A stretch of DNA of 64,000 bases from an uncultured virus (IMG/VR IMGVR_UViG_3300050503_000206) (lineage: Duplodnaviria > Heunggongvirae > Uroviricota > Caudoviricetes). The translations under genes and the position numbers were made by a program. Positions 1-8,563 of the stretch are shown one piece after another. The stretch lies in IMG/VR virus record IMGVR_UViG_3300050503_000206, one strand, 5' to 3'. The notes under the pieces are model-generated. The model was not told the DNA's origin, made no database searches, and worked only from the letters and a program-made list of their open reading frames with translations. Each line of letters opens with the position of its first letter. Position 1 is the first letter of the stretch.

Positions 1-502
1 GCAACAGCGAACGGATGCACTCGATCTCTTCTCGAGGATTGCCGCCAGCGAGTGTGAGGACGCGGATCTGCGGATGATGCTGACGGGTCTCGCGTCGGAA
101 GTGCGCCTGCACCATCTTCCAGTGCTCGCCGCGCGCAAGCCGCTTCGCGTCGGTCGTGGTCGACGCTGTGAACTTCGCGCGCTTGCGTGAACCCGGCGCC
201 AAGATGGGAGCCAACTCGACGTCCAACATGCCGGATTCGGACCACGCGATGTCGCGAGAGACGTCGATGTCGTGGTTGCGACACGTCGCGCACTTCGGAT
301 CGCACGTGCCGTCGCATTCGGCGACATACGATCGTTCCATCTCCGCGCTCACGTGGTCCATGTGCTGCTGCGTGGGACGCTCTGCGGATGCGTGCGAACG
401 CTTCGCCTTGGAGGGTGGGTGATGCTGCCAGCACCATTCACCACGCGTTGCAGGGCGCTGGCATTGCCGACCGTATACGCGACCTTGGCACTGAACGCTC
501 AC
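1..502 (-). CDS. Partial hypothetical protein with N-terminal Cys/His zinc-finger (runs off the window edge)
   Basis: Manual translation from GTG 502, which overlaps the stop of the upstream gene: MSVQCQGRVYGRQCQRPATRGEWCWQHH..., open to position 1. Confidence 0.6.
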   Translation of the reverse strand, partial: MSVQCQGRVYGRQCQRPATRGEWCWQHHPPSKAKRSHASAERPTQQHMDHVSAEMERSYVAECDGTCDPKCATCRNHDIDVSRDIAWSESGMLDVELAPILAPGSRKRAKFTASTTTDAKRLARGEHWKMVQAHFRRETRQHHPQIRVLTLAGGNPREEIECIRSLL

Positions 503-903
503 GACGACTCCTCGTCGAACAACCGCAACGTCAAGTCGATGCGCTCGCGCAGACGTCGGAGTCCGTCGAGCGTGACATGATGAGCATCCGTCAGTACGAA
601 GCGGCACCCATGATGGTCCAGTTCCAGCGGATCGATCACTTCGATCGTCATCGGGATCTCGTGACCTTCAAACTCGTCGAATGGCGCGATCTCGCTGACG
701 TGGAATCGCCACACGTGCTCGACGATCTCCATCTCGAGGGAGTCACGTTCGACGAGCGCCAAGAGCCACTCGCGTGCATCTGCACAGCGACGCGGTGACC
801 CCGATCCGAGGACATCGATCGCGACATCGATCACCGTGCATCCGTCGTGCTCGCGCACGTACTGCACGATCTTGTCGACGGTCGACTTGTCATCAGTCGT
901 CAT
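499..903 (-). CDS. Hypothetical protein, possible winged-HTH N-terminus
   Basis: MTTDDKSTVDKIVQYVREHDGCTVIDVA...; ATGA overlap with the upstream gene. Confidence 0.55.
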   Translation of the reverse strand: MTTDDKSTVDKIVQYVREHDGCTVIDVAIDVLGSGSPRRCADAREWLLALVERDSLEMEIVEHVWRFHVSEIAPFDEFEGHEIPMTIEVIDPLELDHHGCRFVLTDAHHVTLDGLRRLRERIDLTLRLFDEESS

Positions 904-1379
904 CTGCGGTCTCCGCCGAGCATCGTTCGTGCAGCACGCAGTACCTCCCACGCCTCGTCGTCGTGGCAGGCGTGCGCCCACGCGACGAACACGTCGTGGG
1001 AGCGACGGGCGGCGATGGCCGCCTCGATCTCGGGCTCGAGCGCCGCGATGACCTTCGGATCCACATCGACGATGGCGTCGAGCCAGTCGAGCCGCAACGA
1101 AACGGGATCGTGGATGCAGCGGACGTGGGCGAGCGCGTCGTAGATGTCCTTGCGGGTGGCCGCGAGCCGCAGTGCGGCCCAGTAGATCGGCAGATCCGGC
1201 GCGGCAAGAGCAGCGAGCGGATCGACGCTGCGGATCCGCTCTGTCAGGGCGTTCTTGCGCGCGCAGATCATGTCCATCTCGTGGTAGTGGTGTTGTTCGG
1301 GATTGCTTTCGCTGAGCTGTACGAGAGCAGCGATGAGGTCTTCGACGGCGGGCACGGCAGGGATCGTGGTGTGGCTCAT
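900..1379 (-). CDS. Hypothetical helical protein
   Basis: MSHTTIPAVPAVEDLIAAL...; translationally coupled to both neighbours. Confidence 0.6.
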   Translation of the reverse strand: MSHTTIPAVPAVEDLIAALVQLSESNPEQHHYHEMDMICARKNALTERIRSVDPLAALAAPDLPIYWAALRLAATRKDIYDALAHVRCIHDPVSLRLDWLDAIVDVDPKVIAALEPEIEAAIAARRSHDVFVAWAHACHDDEAWEVLRAARTMLGGDRR

Positions 1380-1738
1380 CTGCGATCTCCATCGGCAGCG
1401 GAGGTTCGCGGCACAAGTCCCAACTTGGGCCGTTTCAAGTCCCGCACCGCCCGCAACGTCGCCTGCGTGCGGATCATGCAGTCGGCCTGCACGAGGTTGG
1501 CGACGATCTGCTCGTCGATCGAGCTCGGCAGCGACGACCCTTCTTCCGCCGCGACCTCGCGCGCGTCCTGGTAGGCCTTGAACGCCGCGTCGAGCATGTC
1601 GACGACGCGCTTGAGGGCCCCAGCCGCGCGCATGGACACCGCCGGCGTGGGTGTGTCGGCGGTGAAGACATGGTCGCCGCCGTGCCCTTCGGGCAACGAG
1701 CAGCGGCCTTTTTGCGAATGACCCCACGGGCAGTCCAT
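1376..1738 (-). CDS. Hypothetical protein with C-x9-C-x5-H-x3-H zinc-knuckle-like N-terminus
   Basis: MDCPWGHSQKGRCSLPEGHGGDH. Confidence 0.6.
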   Translation of the reverse strand: MDCPWGHSQKGRCSLPEGHGGDHVFTADTPTPAVSMRAAGALKRVVDMLDAAFKAYQDAREVAAEEGSSLPSSIDEQIVANLVQADCMIRTQATLRAVRDLKRPKLGLVPRTSAADGDRR

Positions 1739-1741
1739 GGC

Positions 1742-2779
1742 TCACTCCCACGGACTCGGCGTGCCCGGTGCGTAGCAGTAGTGGTTCAGCATCCAGTTGG
1801 GGCCCGTGCCCGGATACCCGAACGGGTAACCCGTCCACGGATGCCCGTTGATGTTGGCGGCTGCCAAGAACGCGGCGCCCTCGGGTCCCATCGCAGTCGA
1901 GTGACCCGCTTGGTGATCGCACAGAAACGCGAAGCGACCCGCGTTGGCGGTGTCGAGCGCGAGGGCCTCGCTCGGCTCGACGAAGTCGTGGCACGTGCCC
2001 TCGGGCATGCCGACGCCGCAGTAGTAGTCGTTCGGACCGCCGTGCAGGACCATCAGCGACGCGCCGGTGCCGGGCGTCGCCGGCTGGTAGCTCGGCGGCA
2101 ATCCGCCGGACCAACTCACGATCCCTGCGTAGACTCCCGACGTACGATCGAGCAGATGCGAGACCTGGACGCCTCCGGCCGACATGCCGCTCGTCGTGAG
2201 CCGTTCCGGACTCACGAGTTCTTGTTCGAGCACGCACGCAACGATCTCGTCGGCGAAGATGAAGTCGTCAGGACGGTTGCATTCGCTCGGATCGGTCTCG
2301 CCACACACGACCCACCACGGGAATGGGTTGTTCGGACGCGCGACGGCATCCGGATCGGCGCGGGGCAGGACCATCACGCCGTTCTCGTTGTCGGTCATGC
2401 TGCGGATCTGCTGCGCGGCCCAGTCCCACGACAGCAGGCCTTCGGGCGACTCGTAGGTCCCGTGCCAGTGCATCGCGAGCGGGCCGCTGCCGCTCGCGCC
2501 TGCGACGTTGACGAACACGGCAGTTCGACACTCGAGCAGCGGACCGGGACAGAACGTGACGTCTCCGTCGACGATCGTCGGGCACGGAGCGGTCGGCGTC
2601 GGCAGTCCACTCGGAGGCGGTTCACCGGTCGGGTCGGTCGTCGCACCTGTCGACTCGTCCCCGGCCGTGTCGTCATGTGCCGGGCACTCGTGGGTCCGAA
2701 ACACGACGGTGGAGTTGCTGGGTGATGGATCGCAGGCGATGGCGCACAGCAGGAGGAGCAGGACGTTTCTGTGTTGCAT
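1742..2779 (-). CDS. Lipoprotein alpha/beta-hydrolase (PHB depolymerase/esterase-like)
   Basis: Lipobox-like signal MQHRNVLLLLLCAIAC, acidic Ser/Thr linker, WHGT, nucleophile GMSAGG, LHGG, C-terminal His (GH); SD AAGGA. Confidence 0.75.
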   Translation of the reverse strand: MQHRNVLLLLLCAIACDPSPSNSTVVFRTHECPAHDDTAGDESTGATTDPTGEPPPSGLPTPTAPCPTIVDGDVTFCPGPLLECRTAVFVNVAGASGSGPLAMHWHGTYESPEGLLSWDWAAQQIRSMTDNENGVMVLPRADPDAVARPNNPFPWWVVCGETDPSECNRPDDFIFADEIVACVLEQELVSPERLTTSGMSAGGVQVSHLLDRTSGVYAGIVSWSGGLPPSYQPATPGTGASLMVLHGGPNDYYCGVGMPEGTCHDFVEPSEALALDTANAGRFAFLCDHQAGHSTAMGPEGAAFLAAANINGHPWTGYPFGYPGTGPNWMLNHYCYAPGTPSPWE

Positions 2780-2820
2780 GGAGGTTCCTTTCGTTGTGAT
2801 GGGTTGAGGATTCGAGGATC

Positions 2821-3060
2821 TCATCGCGCCGCGAGTCCCCCGCGGTGCTTGCGGCAGCCGGGTGCCGGGCACGAGCACGTGAGCGTCGTCGAGCGCGGCA
2901 GAAGGTCGTCGATCTGCGCGATCGCGGCGTGAACGAGTTCGCGAGCCTCGACGAGCAGCGACTCGACGCGCGCCGTCTCGACGATGGCGACCTGCACGCG
3001 TCCGCGCGCGGCAATGAGGGTCTGTTCGAGAACACGGAGTTGTTCGAGGTTCGGTTTCAT
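2821..3060 (-). CDS. Small coiled-coil hypothetical protein with C-terminal CxC-x4-C-x2-H
   Basis: MKPNLEQLRVLEQTL...CSCPAPGCRKH. Confidence 0.5.
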   Translation of the reverse strand: MKPNLEQLRVLEQTLIAARGRVQVAIVETARVESLLVEARELVHAAIAQIDDLLPRSTTLTCSCPAPGCRKHRGGLAAR

Positions 3061-3091
3061 CGTTGCTATCCAATCCACCACATGGCGGGGG

Positions 3092-3466
3092 TCATGGCGA
3101 AACTCCGAAGAGAGCGAACATCCGCGCGTAGAGCGAACGGCGCAGGTCGTCGTCCGCGTCGATCGCAGCGGACAGCACTTCTCGATCGATCGAGCTATGC
3201 TCGATGCTCTTCCAGATCGTGACGACGCATGCGTTGCAGCACTCGTTCTCCCACGCGTGCTCCGAGGCGCCGCCGTAGCACCACCCGACCTTGCGGCGGC
3301 ACGCGGCGCAGCGGAAGTAGTGGATGAGCGGCTGACATCCGCACGCGTACGCGGGCTTGTCGAGCTTGCCGTAGCGCGCGTTGCCGAGAGCGGGCTCGCC
3401 AGGTTCGAGATCGTGCAAGACCCCGAAGCGGTCGCGACCGAGGTCTTCAGGGATCGCGATGCTCAT
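3092..3466 (-). CDS. Cys-rich hypothetical protein
   Basis: CGC...CAAC...WC...CCNAC. Confidence 0.55.
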   Translation of the reverse strand: MSIAIPEDLGRDRFGVLHDLEPGEPALGNARYGKLDKPAYACGCQPLIHYFRCAACRRKVGWCYGGASEHAWENECCNACVVTIWKSIEHSSIDREVLSAAIDADDDLRRSLYARMFALFGVSP

Positions 3467-3713
3467 GGCACCCCTCGATCTCCATGGCGACGTCGCGGCC
3501 GATCGGCGTCCATTCCCAGCGATCGCCTCCCATCGGACAAGGCCCGCGGCTGTCGCAGAGGCCTCCGCAGTTGCAGCGAAACCGGATCAGGCTGATCCCG
3601 ACGCCCTCGCGCGTTCCGACCTTCGCGAACGCCTCGGGTCCTTCGAGGATGGCAGCGACGGCCTCGGGGTCGTCGCGCAGCGTGGTCATGATCTTGTTCA
3701 TGTCGACGCTCAT
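3447..3713 (-). CDS. Small hypothetical protein
   Basis: SD AAGGAG upstream; overlaps the downstream gene. Confidence 0.5.
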   Translation of the reverse strand: MSVDMNKIMTTLRDDPEAVAAILEGPEAFAKVGTREGVGISLIRFRCNCGGLCDSRGPCPMGGDRWEWTPIGRDVAMEIEGCHEHRDP

Positions 3714-3767
3714 GGCAACTCCTTCATCATCCGAGCGCGGATGGAACTGCTCACCGCGAAGATCGCG

Positions 3768-4070
3768 TCATGCATCGTTCACCTCAGCGATGGCGGCACC
3801 GACAACAGCGGTCAGCGCAGTCGGCTCCCACGACCACGGACTATCGACGAGTCCAAGATCATGCGCGCGACGACGGATGGCGTTGAGCGTGCGTTGTGCT
3901 GCCGATCCCTCGTAGCGACCGTCGACGTGTCGGATCACCGCGTTGCGACCCGCCGTGACGAACAGGACCACGCCGCGATCGGCCATCGTGCCGGAGGCAC
4001 GAAGCTCCGTAGCGATCTCTCGTGCGCGCTGACGCGCGTCTTCGGGCGTGAGGGGTTCGATCCCGGCCAT
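3768..4070 (-). CDS. Hypothetical protein
   Basis: MAGIEPLTPEDARQRAREIA...; starts directly after the 27-bp leader repeat. Confidence 0.5.
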   Translation of the reverse strand: MAGIEPLTPEDARQRAREIATELRASGTMADRGVVLFVTAGRNAVIRHVDGRYEGSAAQRTLNAIRRRAHDLGLVDSPWSWEPTALTAVVGAAIAEVNDA

Positions 4071-4072
4071 CT

Positions 4073-4249
4073 TCTGTCCGCAGCTCCTCGCCGCGTCCTT
4101 TCTGGGTCGACGAGCGAGCCCGTCGGTCCATTCCATTTCGGCTTGCCTTTTCGAGGAAGGCTTGCCGAATGGATCCCGAGCGTGCCATGCTCGATCCGGC
4201 TCGTCAAGGCGAGCACCAGAACAGGACGCGGCGAGGAGCTGCGGACAGA
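4073..4249. promoter_or_regulatory. Divergent control region bounded by a perfect 27-bp inverted repeat (4073-4099 / 4223-4249)
   Basis: TCTGTCCGCAGCTCCTCGCCGCGTCCT and its exact reverse complement AGGACGCGGCGAGGAGCTGCGGACAGA, each just upstream of a divergent start codon. Confidence 0.8.
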
Positions 4250-4261
4250 GGGAACGGGCCG

Positions 4262-4462
4262 ATGCAGCGCCGCGACATCCTGAAGGGTCTCCGTGACCAG
4301 TGGCTCGTGTTCGTCGACGGCGAGCCGTGGGTGAAGATGATGCAGTACCCGTTTCCGAACGGTCCCTTCGAGACGTTCGTGTTTCGGAAAACGGGCGTTC
4401 GGATGCGCCTCGTCGATGCGCCGCACCTGCCCGTCGTGCCCGTGGGAGAGATCCGTGGCTGA
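4262..4462 (+). CDS. Small hypothetical protein
   Basis: MQRRDILKGLRDQWLVFVDGEPW...; first gene of the rightward operon. Confidence 0.55.
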   Translation: MQRRDILKGLRDQWLVFVDGEPWVKMMQYPFPNGPFETFVFRKTGVRMRLVDAPHLPVVPVGEIRG

Positions 4463-4922
4463 ACGTTCGTACTCCAATGAAGCGCTCTGCCTCGCCGTGG
4501 CTACGGTGAGCGACGTCGGCCAGCTCGGCTACGTGCTCGAGGAACTCTCGCGGCGCGACGACGATCTGTTCGTGGTCGACCCGCGCATGACCACGTTCAT
4601 CTCGGCGCTGACCCGTCACGAGAACGCCCGCGTGCGCGAGGCCGCGCTTGAGGTGATCGCCAAGCGGCAACTCCACTGCTGCATCGAGGCGGCCTACGAC
4701 GCCCTGCTGCGTCCAGAGAGCCAGGAGATCTGGTCGACGGCTGCCTACGCGATCTCGCAGTGCCCCGACGATCTCGATCGGCACGACGCCGACGTGTTGA
4801 TCCGTCACACGGATGCCGTGACGTATCGGCTTCGCCACGGGCCCTGCAGCGGCTATGTCCGCGAGCGACTGCAGGACGCCCAGATGGCGCTCTTGCGTGC
4901 GGGTACGGGGACGAAGCGATGA
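4455..4922 (+). CDS. HEAT-repeat-like protein
   Basis: ALTRHENARVREAALEVIA and ESQEIWSTAAYAISQ resemble HEAT repeats. Confidence 0.55.
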   Translation: MAERSYSNEALCLAVATVSDVGQLGYVLEELSRRDDDLFVVDPRMTTFISALTRHENARVREAALEVIAKRQLHCCIEAAYDALLRPESQEIWSTAAYAISQCPDDLDRHDADVLIRHTDAVTYRLRHGPCSGYVRERLQDAQMALLRAGTGTKR

Positions 4923-5107
4923 GAGCGCGACGCCGCATCGTTCGCTCCGCGATCGCCGAGGCCATCGCGGAACTATCGTGGTCGAACGACGACCTCGACT
5001 CCGAGATCCCTGAGTCCGAATGGATCCGATGGGACGACTACCTGGACGGCTCCGTGCCTTCGGAGCACCTCGTCGTTGGCTTCGTCGAGGGGATCCGGCT
5101 GCGGTGA
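4919..5107 (+). CDS. Small hypothetical protein
   Basis: ATGA/GTGA overlaps on both sides. Confidence 0.45.
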   Translation: MRARRRIVRSAIAEAIAELSWSNDDLDSEIPESEWIRWDDYLDGSVPSEHLVVGFVEGIRLR

Positions 5108-5880
5108 AGTTCTACCTCGGCACGCATCATCCGAACTGGTTGTGGGCGGCTCCGCCCATGGCCGTGTCGCTGTTCGTGTCGCATCGCCGCCTGCGTCGGC
5201 AGAACCGGTACAAGCCGGCGACCGTGGACTGGGCGCTCGACTCGGGCGGCTTCACCGAGCTCAACCTGCACGGCCGTTGGCAGATCACGCCCACCGACTA
5301 CGTGGCCGCCGTGCGCCGCTACGTCGCCGAGATCGGGCGCATGCAGTGGGCAGCGCCGCAGGACTGGATGTGCGAGCCGGTCGTGCGGGGCCGAACCGGC
5401 CTCGACGTCGCCGAGCACCAGCGCCGCACGATCGTGTCCGTGCTCGAGCTGCGCGCGGCCGCGCCCGAGCTCCACTGGATCCCGGTGCTGCAGGGGCAGG
5501 ATGCGTCCGACTACCTCGAGCACGCGGCCCAGTACGAGCGCGCGGGCGTCGATCTGACGGCGGAGCCGTTGGTCGGCCTCGGATCGGTGTGCCGCCGCGC
5601 CAATGACGACCGCATCGTGCAACTCATCCGCGAGCTCGCGTCGCTCGGGATCCGCATGCATGGCTTCGGGGTGAAGCGAAGCGGCGTCGCACGTCTCTCC
5701 CACGTCCTCGAGTCCGCGGACTCGTTGGCGTGGAGCTACCACGCGCGCCGCGAGCCGCCGCTGCCCGGCTGCACGCACATGAACTGCGCGAACTGTCCGA
5801 TCTTCGCCGCGCAGTGGGTCGCCGAGACCTTGACGTCCATCGATCGCACCGTTGCGCAGCAAGAACTCTTTCCCGTCTAG
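5104..5880 (+). CDS. Queuine tRNA-ribosyltransferase-like protein, probable DpdA-type 7-deazaguanine DNA transglycosylase
   Basis: MKFYLG...WALDSGGF...PQDWMCEP...WIPVLQG...VGLGSVCRR...HGFGVK...SADSLAWS (TGT-fold motifs); queD is two genes downstream. Confidence 0.8.
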   Translation: MKFYLGTHHPNWLWAAPPMAVSLFVSHRRLRRQNRYKPATVDWALDSGGFTELNLHGRWQITPTDYVAAVRRYVAEIGRMQWAAPQDWMCEPVVRGRTGLDVAEHQRRTIVSVLELRAAAPELHWIPVLQGQDASDYLEHAAQYERAGVDLTAEPLVGLGSVCRRANDDRIVQLIRELASLGIRMHGFGVKRSGVARLSHVLESADSLAWSYHARREPPLPGCTHMNCANCPIFAAQWVAETLTSIDRTVAQQELFPV

Positions 5881-5888
5881 GAGGCAAT

Positions 5889-6164
5889 GTGAAGGCACCC
5901 GACATCTCACTCGATGACATCGAACGACACGAGCGCTCCACGCTTAGCACGCATGGCAAGAAATCGAGGAAGTCGATCTCGTTGCGACCGGAGCTGTTCG
6001 TCAGGTTCAAACGCGCAGCACAGACGCGGGGGATTCCCCTCGCGCGTCTGCTCGATATCGTGCTCACGAACTTTCTGAACGCCAACCGCTGTCCGCAGGT
6101 GACACGCGACGATGCTCTCGTTGATCTGAAGCTCGCCCTCCCGAAGAAAGGTAGACGTACATGA
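5889..6164 (+). CDS. Ribbon-helix-helix-like DNA-binding protein
   Basis: RKSISLRPELFVRFKRAAQTRGIPLARLLD; SD GGAGG. Confidence 0.6.
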   Translation: MKAPDISLDDIERHERSTLSTHGKKSRKSISLRPELFVRFKRAAQTRGIPLARLLDIVLTNFLNANRCPQVTRDDALVDLKLALPKKGRRT

Positions 6165-6538
6165 ACGCCTCGATCTGGGTCGATGTCTCGTTTTCCGCCG
6201 CGCACTTCCTGCCCTGCGTGCCCGCGGGCCACAAGTGCCGGCGCCCGCACGGCCACAACTACCGGTTGCGCGCGTGGGTCACCGGTCCTGTGAGTCGTTC
6301 CACGAAGGACGGGGCTCCAGAGGGGATGATCGTTGACTTCGACTGGGTGCGTGGCGCAGTCGAAGAGGCCGTGGCGTCGCTCGACCACCACGACCTGAAC
6401 ACCGTGCTCGACAACCCGACCGCCGAGCTGCTCGCGAAGTGGATCCTGCAGCGCTTGCCTGACGTTATCAGCAAGATCGAGCTGCGCGAGGTCGAGTGGG
6501 CAGGCGTCGTGCTGACGCGCGAGGATCTCCGTGGGTGA
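6161..6538 (+). CDS. queD: 6-carboxy-5,6,7,8-tetrahydropterin synthase
   Basis: FSAAHFLP...HKCRRPHGHNY...GMIVDF...LDHHDLN...NPTAELLAKWI. Confidence 0.93.
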   Translation: MNASIWVDVSFSAAHFLPCVPAGHKCRRPHGHNYRLRAWVTGPVSRSTKDGAPEGMIVDFDWVRGAVEEAVASLDHHDLNTVLDNPTAELLAKWILQRLPDVISKIELREVEWAGVVLTREDLRG

Positions 6539-7142
6539 GGCCGACGAAGTCGTCGACGACCCGCTCGCGTGGGCGCGCGCGCGTCTGCGACGGGCCGAGG
6601 ACGCGTCTAAACGACCGGGGCTCGCGGCCGAACACCGCGCGGTGGCGCAGGCGATGCGCGAGCTGCTCGCGGCCTTCACCACCCGCATGCCGCGGCGCGG
6701 CTGGGCATACCGGGTCACGTGGCAAGAGGATGGCTGCGAGTGTGACGAGGGCTGGACGTGGGACGAGAAGGATCCATGGACGCATGACGCGGCCGCAGCG
6801 CTGGGGATCGAGGTCGCCGAGCGCGACGTGCCTGCTGCCGGTAGCTACGTGGTGCACGTGGCGCTGGTCGAGCACGGCTGGCCGGATGACTTCTCCCCGT
6901 TCGTCGTGGACGAGTTGCTCGAGTACGCCGAGCAACTCGCGACCGACGAAGACGACCTCATAGTCGGTGAATCGGAGCGCGGCGCGTGGACGGAGATCGG
7001 CGACGAGGAGACGGGCGAGCTCGAGGTCGCGCTCGCGGTGACGTGGAACGCGTGGTGCCGCAAGCACTGTGCGAAGATCGGGATCAGCCGGATCACGGGT
7101 ACACCCGAGGTCGTCGGCAGCCGGGAGACGCAACCGGCATGA
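6531..7142 (+). CDS. Acidic hypothetical protein
   Basis: ORF coupled to both neighbours. Confidence 0.6.
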   Translation: MGEADEVVDDPLAWARARLRRAEDASKRPGLAAEHRAVAQAMRELLAAFTTRMPRRGWAYRVTWQEDGCECDEGWTWDEKDPWTHDAAAALGIEVAERDVPAAGSYVVHVALVEHGWPDDFSPFVVDELLEYAEQLATDEDDLIVGESERGAWTEIGDEETGELEVALAVTWNAWCRKHCAKIGISRITGTPEVVGSRETQPA

Positions 7143-7501
7143 GCCGCGCCTTCGCCCTTGAGCCCTGCGGATCATGCCCGTACCGCAAAGACGTCGTCGT
7201 CGGCACGTGGCACGCCGAGGAGTTCGAAAACCTGCTCGCACACGACGCGGATCCGATCCGAGGTGCCGTGTTCGGCTGTCACAGATTCCGCCTGCGTCCC
7301 GAGGACTCCGACGTCTGCGCGGGATGGTTTCTCGACCAGCAGCGCCGCGGCTTCCCGTCGATCCAACTTCGTCTGGCGCTCATGCGTGCTCCGACCGAGC
7401 CGACCGTCACCGATGGCGGCCATCCGCTCTACCCCAGCATGAAGGCCATGTGTGCCGCGAACGGCGTGCGGATCGCCAGGTTCCGAGGTGCCCGTGGATG
7501 A
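7139..7501 (+). CDS. Cys-rich protein (DUF6283-like)
   Basis: PCGSCPYRKD...GTW...FGCH...CAGW. Confidence 0.6.
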   Translation: MSRAFALEPCGSCPYRKDVVVGTWHAEEFENLLAHDADPIRGAVFGCHRFRLRPEDSDVCAGWFLDQQRRGFPSIQLRLALMRAPTEPTVTDGGHPLYPSMKAMCAANGVRIARFRGARG

Positions 7502-7709
7502 CGCGTGGCGCAAGGAGATCCACGCCCGACTCGACGCTGCGCTGTCCGAGTTCAGTCACGACGCGATCGCAGGAATCGTCGTCATGGTCGAGTACGTGAC
7601 CGTCACCGAGGGCTTCGAGCGTCGCGAGCTCGTCGTGCGGGCCTCGCTGGGGCCCGATCCGCGCCTGTCTCGCATGGCGCTCGCGGCCGTCCACCGCCTC
7701 GCACCTTGA
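7494..7709 (+). CDS. Small hypothetical protein
   Basis: VDDAWRKEIHARLDAALSEF... Confidence 0.45.
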   Translation: MDDAWRKEIHARLDAALSEFSHDAIAGIVVMVEYVTVTEGFERRELVVRASLGPDPRLSRMALAAVHRLAP

Positions 7710-7773
7710 GGGATTTCACGCCTTTGCGGCCTTAGACGGCCGATCCATACGCGCGCGCCGGATCGGCCCGACG

Positions 7774-7783
7774 CTGGTAGGGT
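7774..7783 (+). promoter_or_regulatory. Extended -10 promoter CTGGTAGGGT (leaderless)
   Basis: 8 nt upstream of ATG 7792; the motif recurs throughout the window. Confidence 0.75.
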
Positions 7784-7791
7784 TCGCCGCG

Positions 7792-8181
7792 ATGGCGATC
7801 TCGAACATCCAGACGACGGTGCGCAACAACATGTGTAACGCGTTCGTCGACGCGATCGACGTCGGCACCACGGACGCGACGGGCGATCTCGCGGGATTCA
7901 CCGCTGCGTTCGCCACCCTGCTCTTCGAGTGCAACTTCAGCAACCCGGCATTCGGCAATGCCGCCGCCGGTGTGGCGACCGCGAACGCGATCAGCGACGA
8001 CACGAGCGCCAATAACAGCGGTACCGCGGCCGTCGGGCGCTTGCGCGACCGCGACAACGCGACCGTCGCCGAGTTCACGATCGGCACCGCCGGCGCCGAT
8101 CTCATCCTCAACACGACCTCGATCACCGCGGGAGATCGCGTCGGGATCTCGAGCGCAACCGTCACCCAGCCCGCAGCGTGA
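7792..8181 (+). CDS. Putative virion structural protein
   Basis: Ala/Thr/Gly-rich beta-type protein (…GTAGADLILNTTSITAG…) heading the fibre operon. Confidence 0.6.
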   Translation: MAISNIQTTVRNNMCNAFVDAIDVGTTDATGDLAGFTAAFATLLFECNFSNPAFGNAAAGVATANAISDDTSANNSGTAAVGRLRDRDNATVAEFTIGTAGADLILNTTSITAGDRVGISSATVTQPAA

Positions 8182-8184
8182 TCC

Positions 8185-8550
8185 ATGGCCAACGAACTGC
8201 ACAAGACCCTCCCCCTCGGAATCAAGCTCCGCGAAGCGCTGCCGTTCATCGGCACCCTGGCCGTGAACGGCGGCAAGCCGGCGGCCGCCGAGGCCTGCCG
8301 CAAGCTCTTGGCCCGCCTCGACGAGACGGCAGAGATCACTGCGCACGTCGAGATCGTCCACGTCCTGTGCCAGGCCTGCGACGAGTTTCGCAGCCGCAAC
8401 GATCCGGCAACGGTCCAACTCTTCGAGGAGCTGATCAACGCGCTGAAGGAAGCGCCCCGCATCGTGCGCGGCTCCTTCACGTTCGCGCCCAAGGACCAAA
8501 ACGACATCGAGCGCGCCTTCCTCGCGATGAGCTCGATGATCAAGAAGTGA
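8185..8550 (+). CDS. Hypothetical protein
   Basis: Clean ORF within the operon. Confidence 0.6.
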   Translation: MANELHKTLPLGIKLREALPFIGTLAVNGGKPAAAEACRKLLARLDETAEITAHVEIVHVLCQACDEFRSRNDPATVQLFEELINALKEAPRIVRGSFTFAPKDQNDIERAFLAMSSMIKK

Positions 8551-8563
8551 ACCGCGCGGCGCC

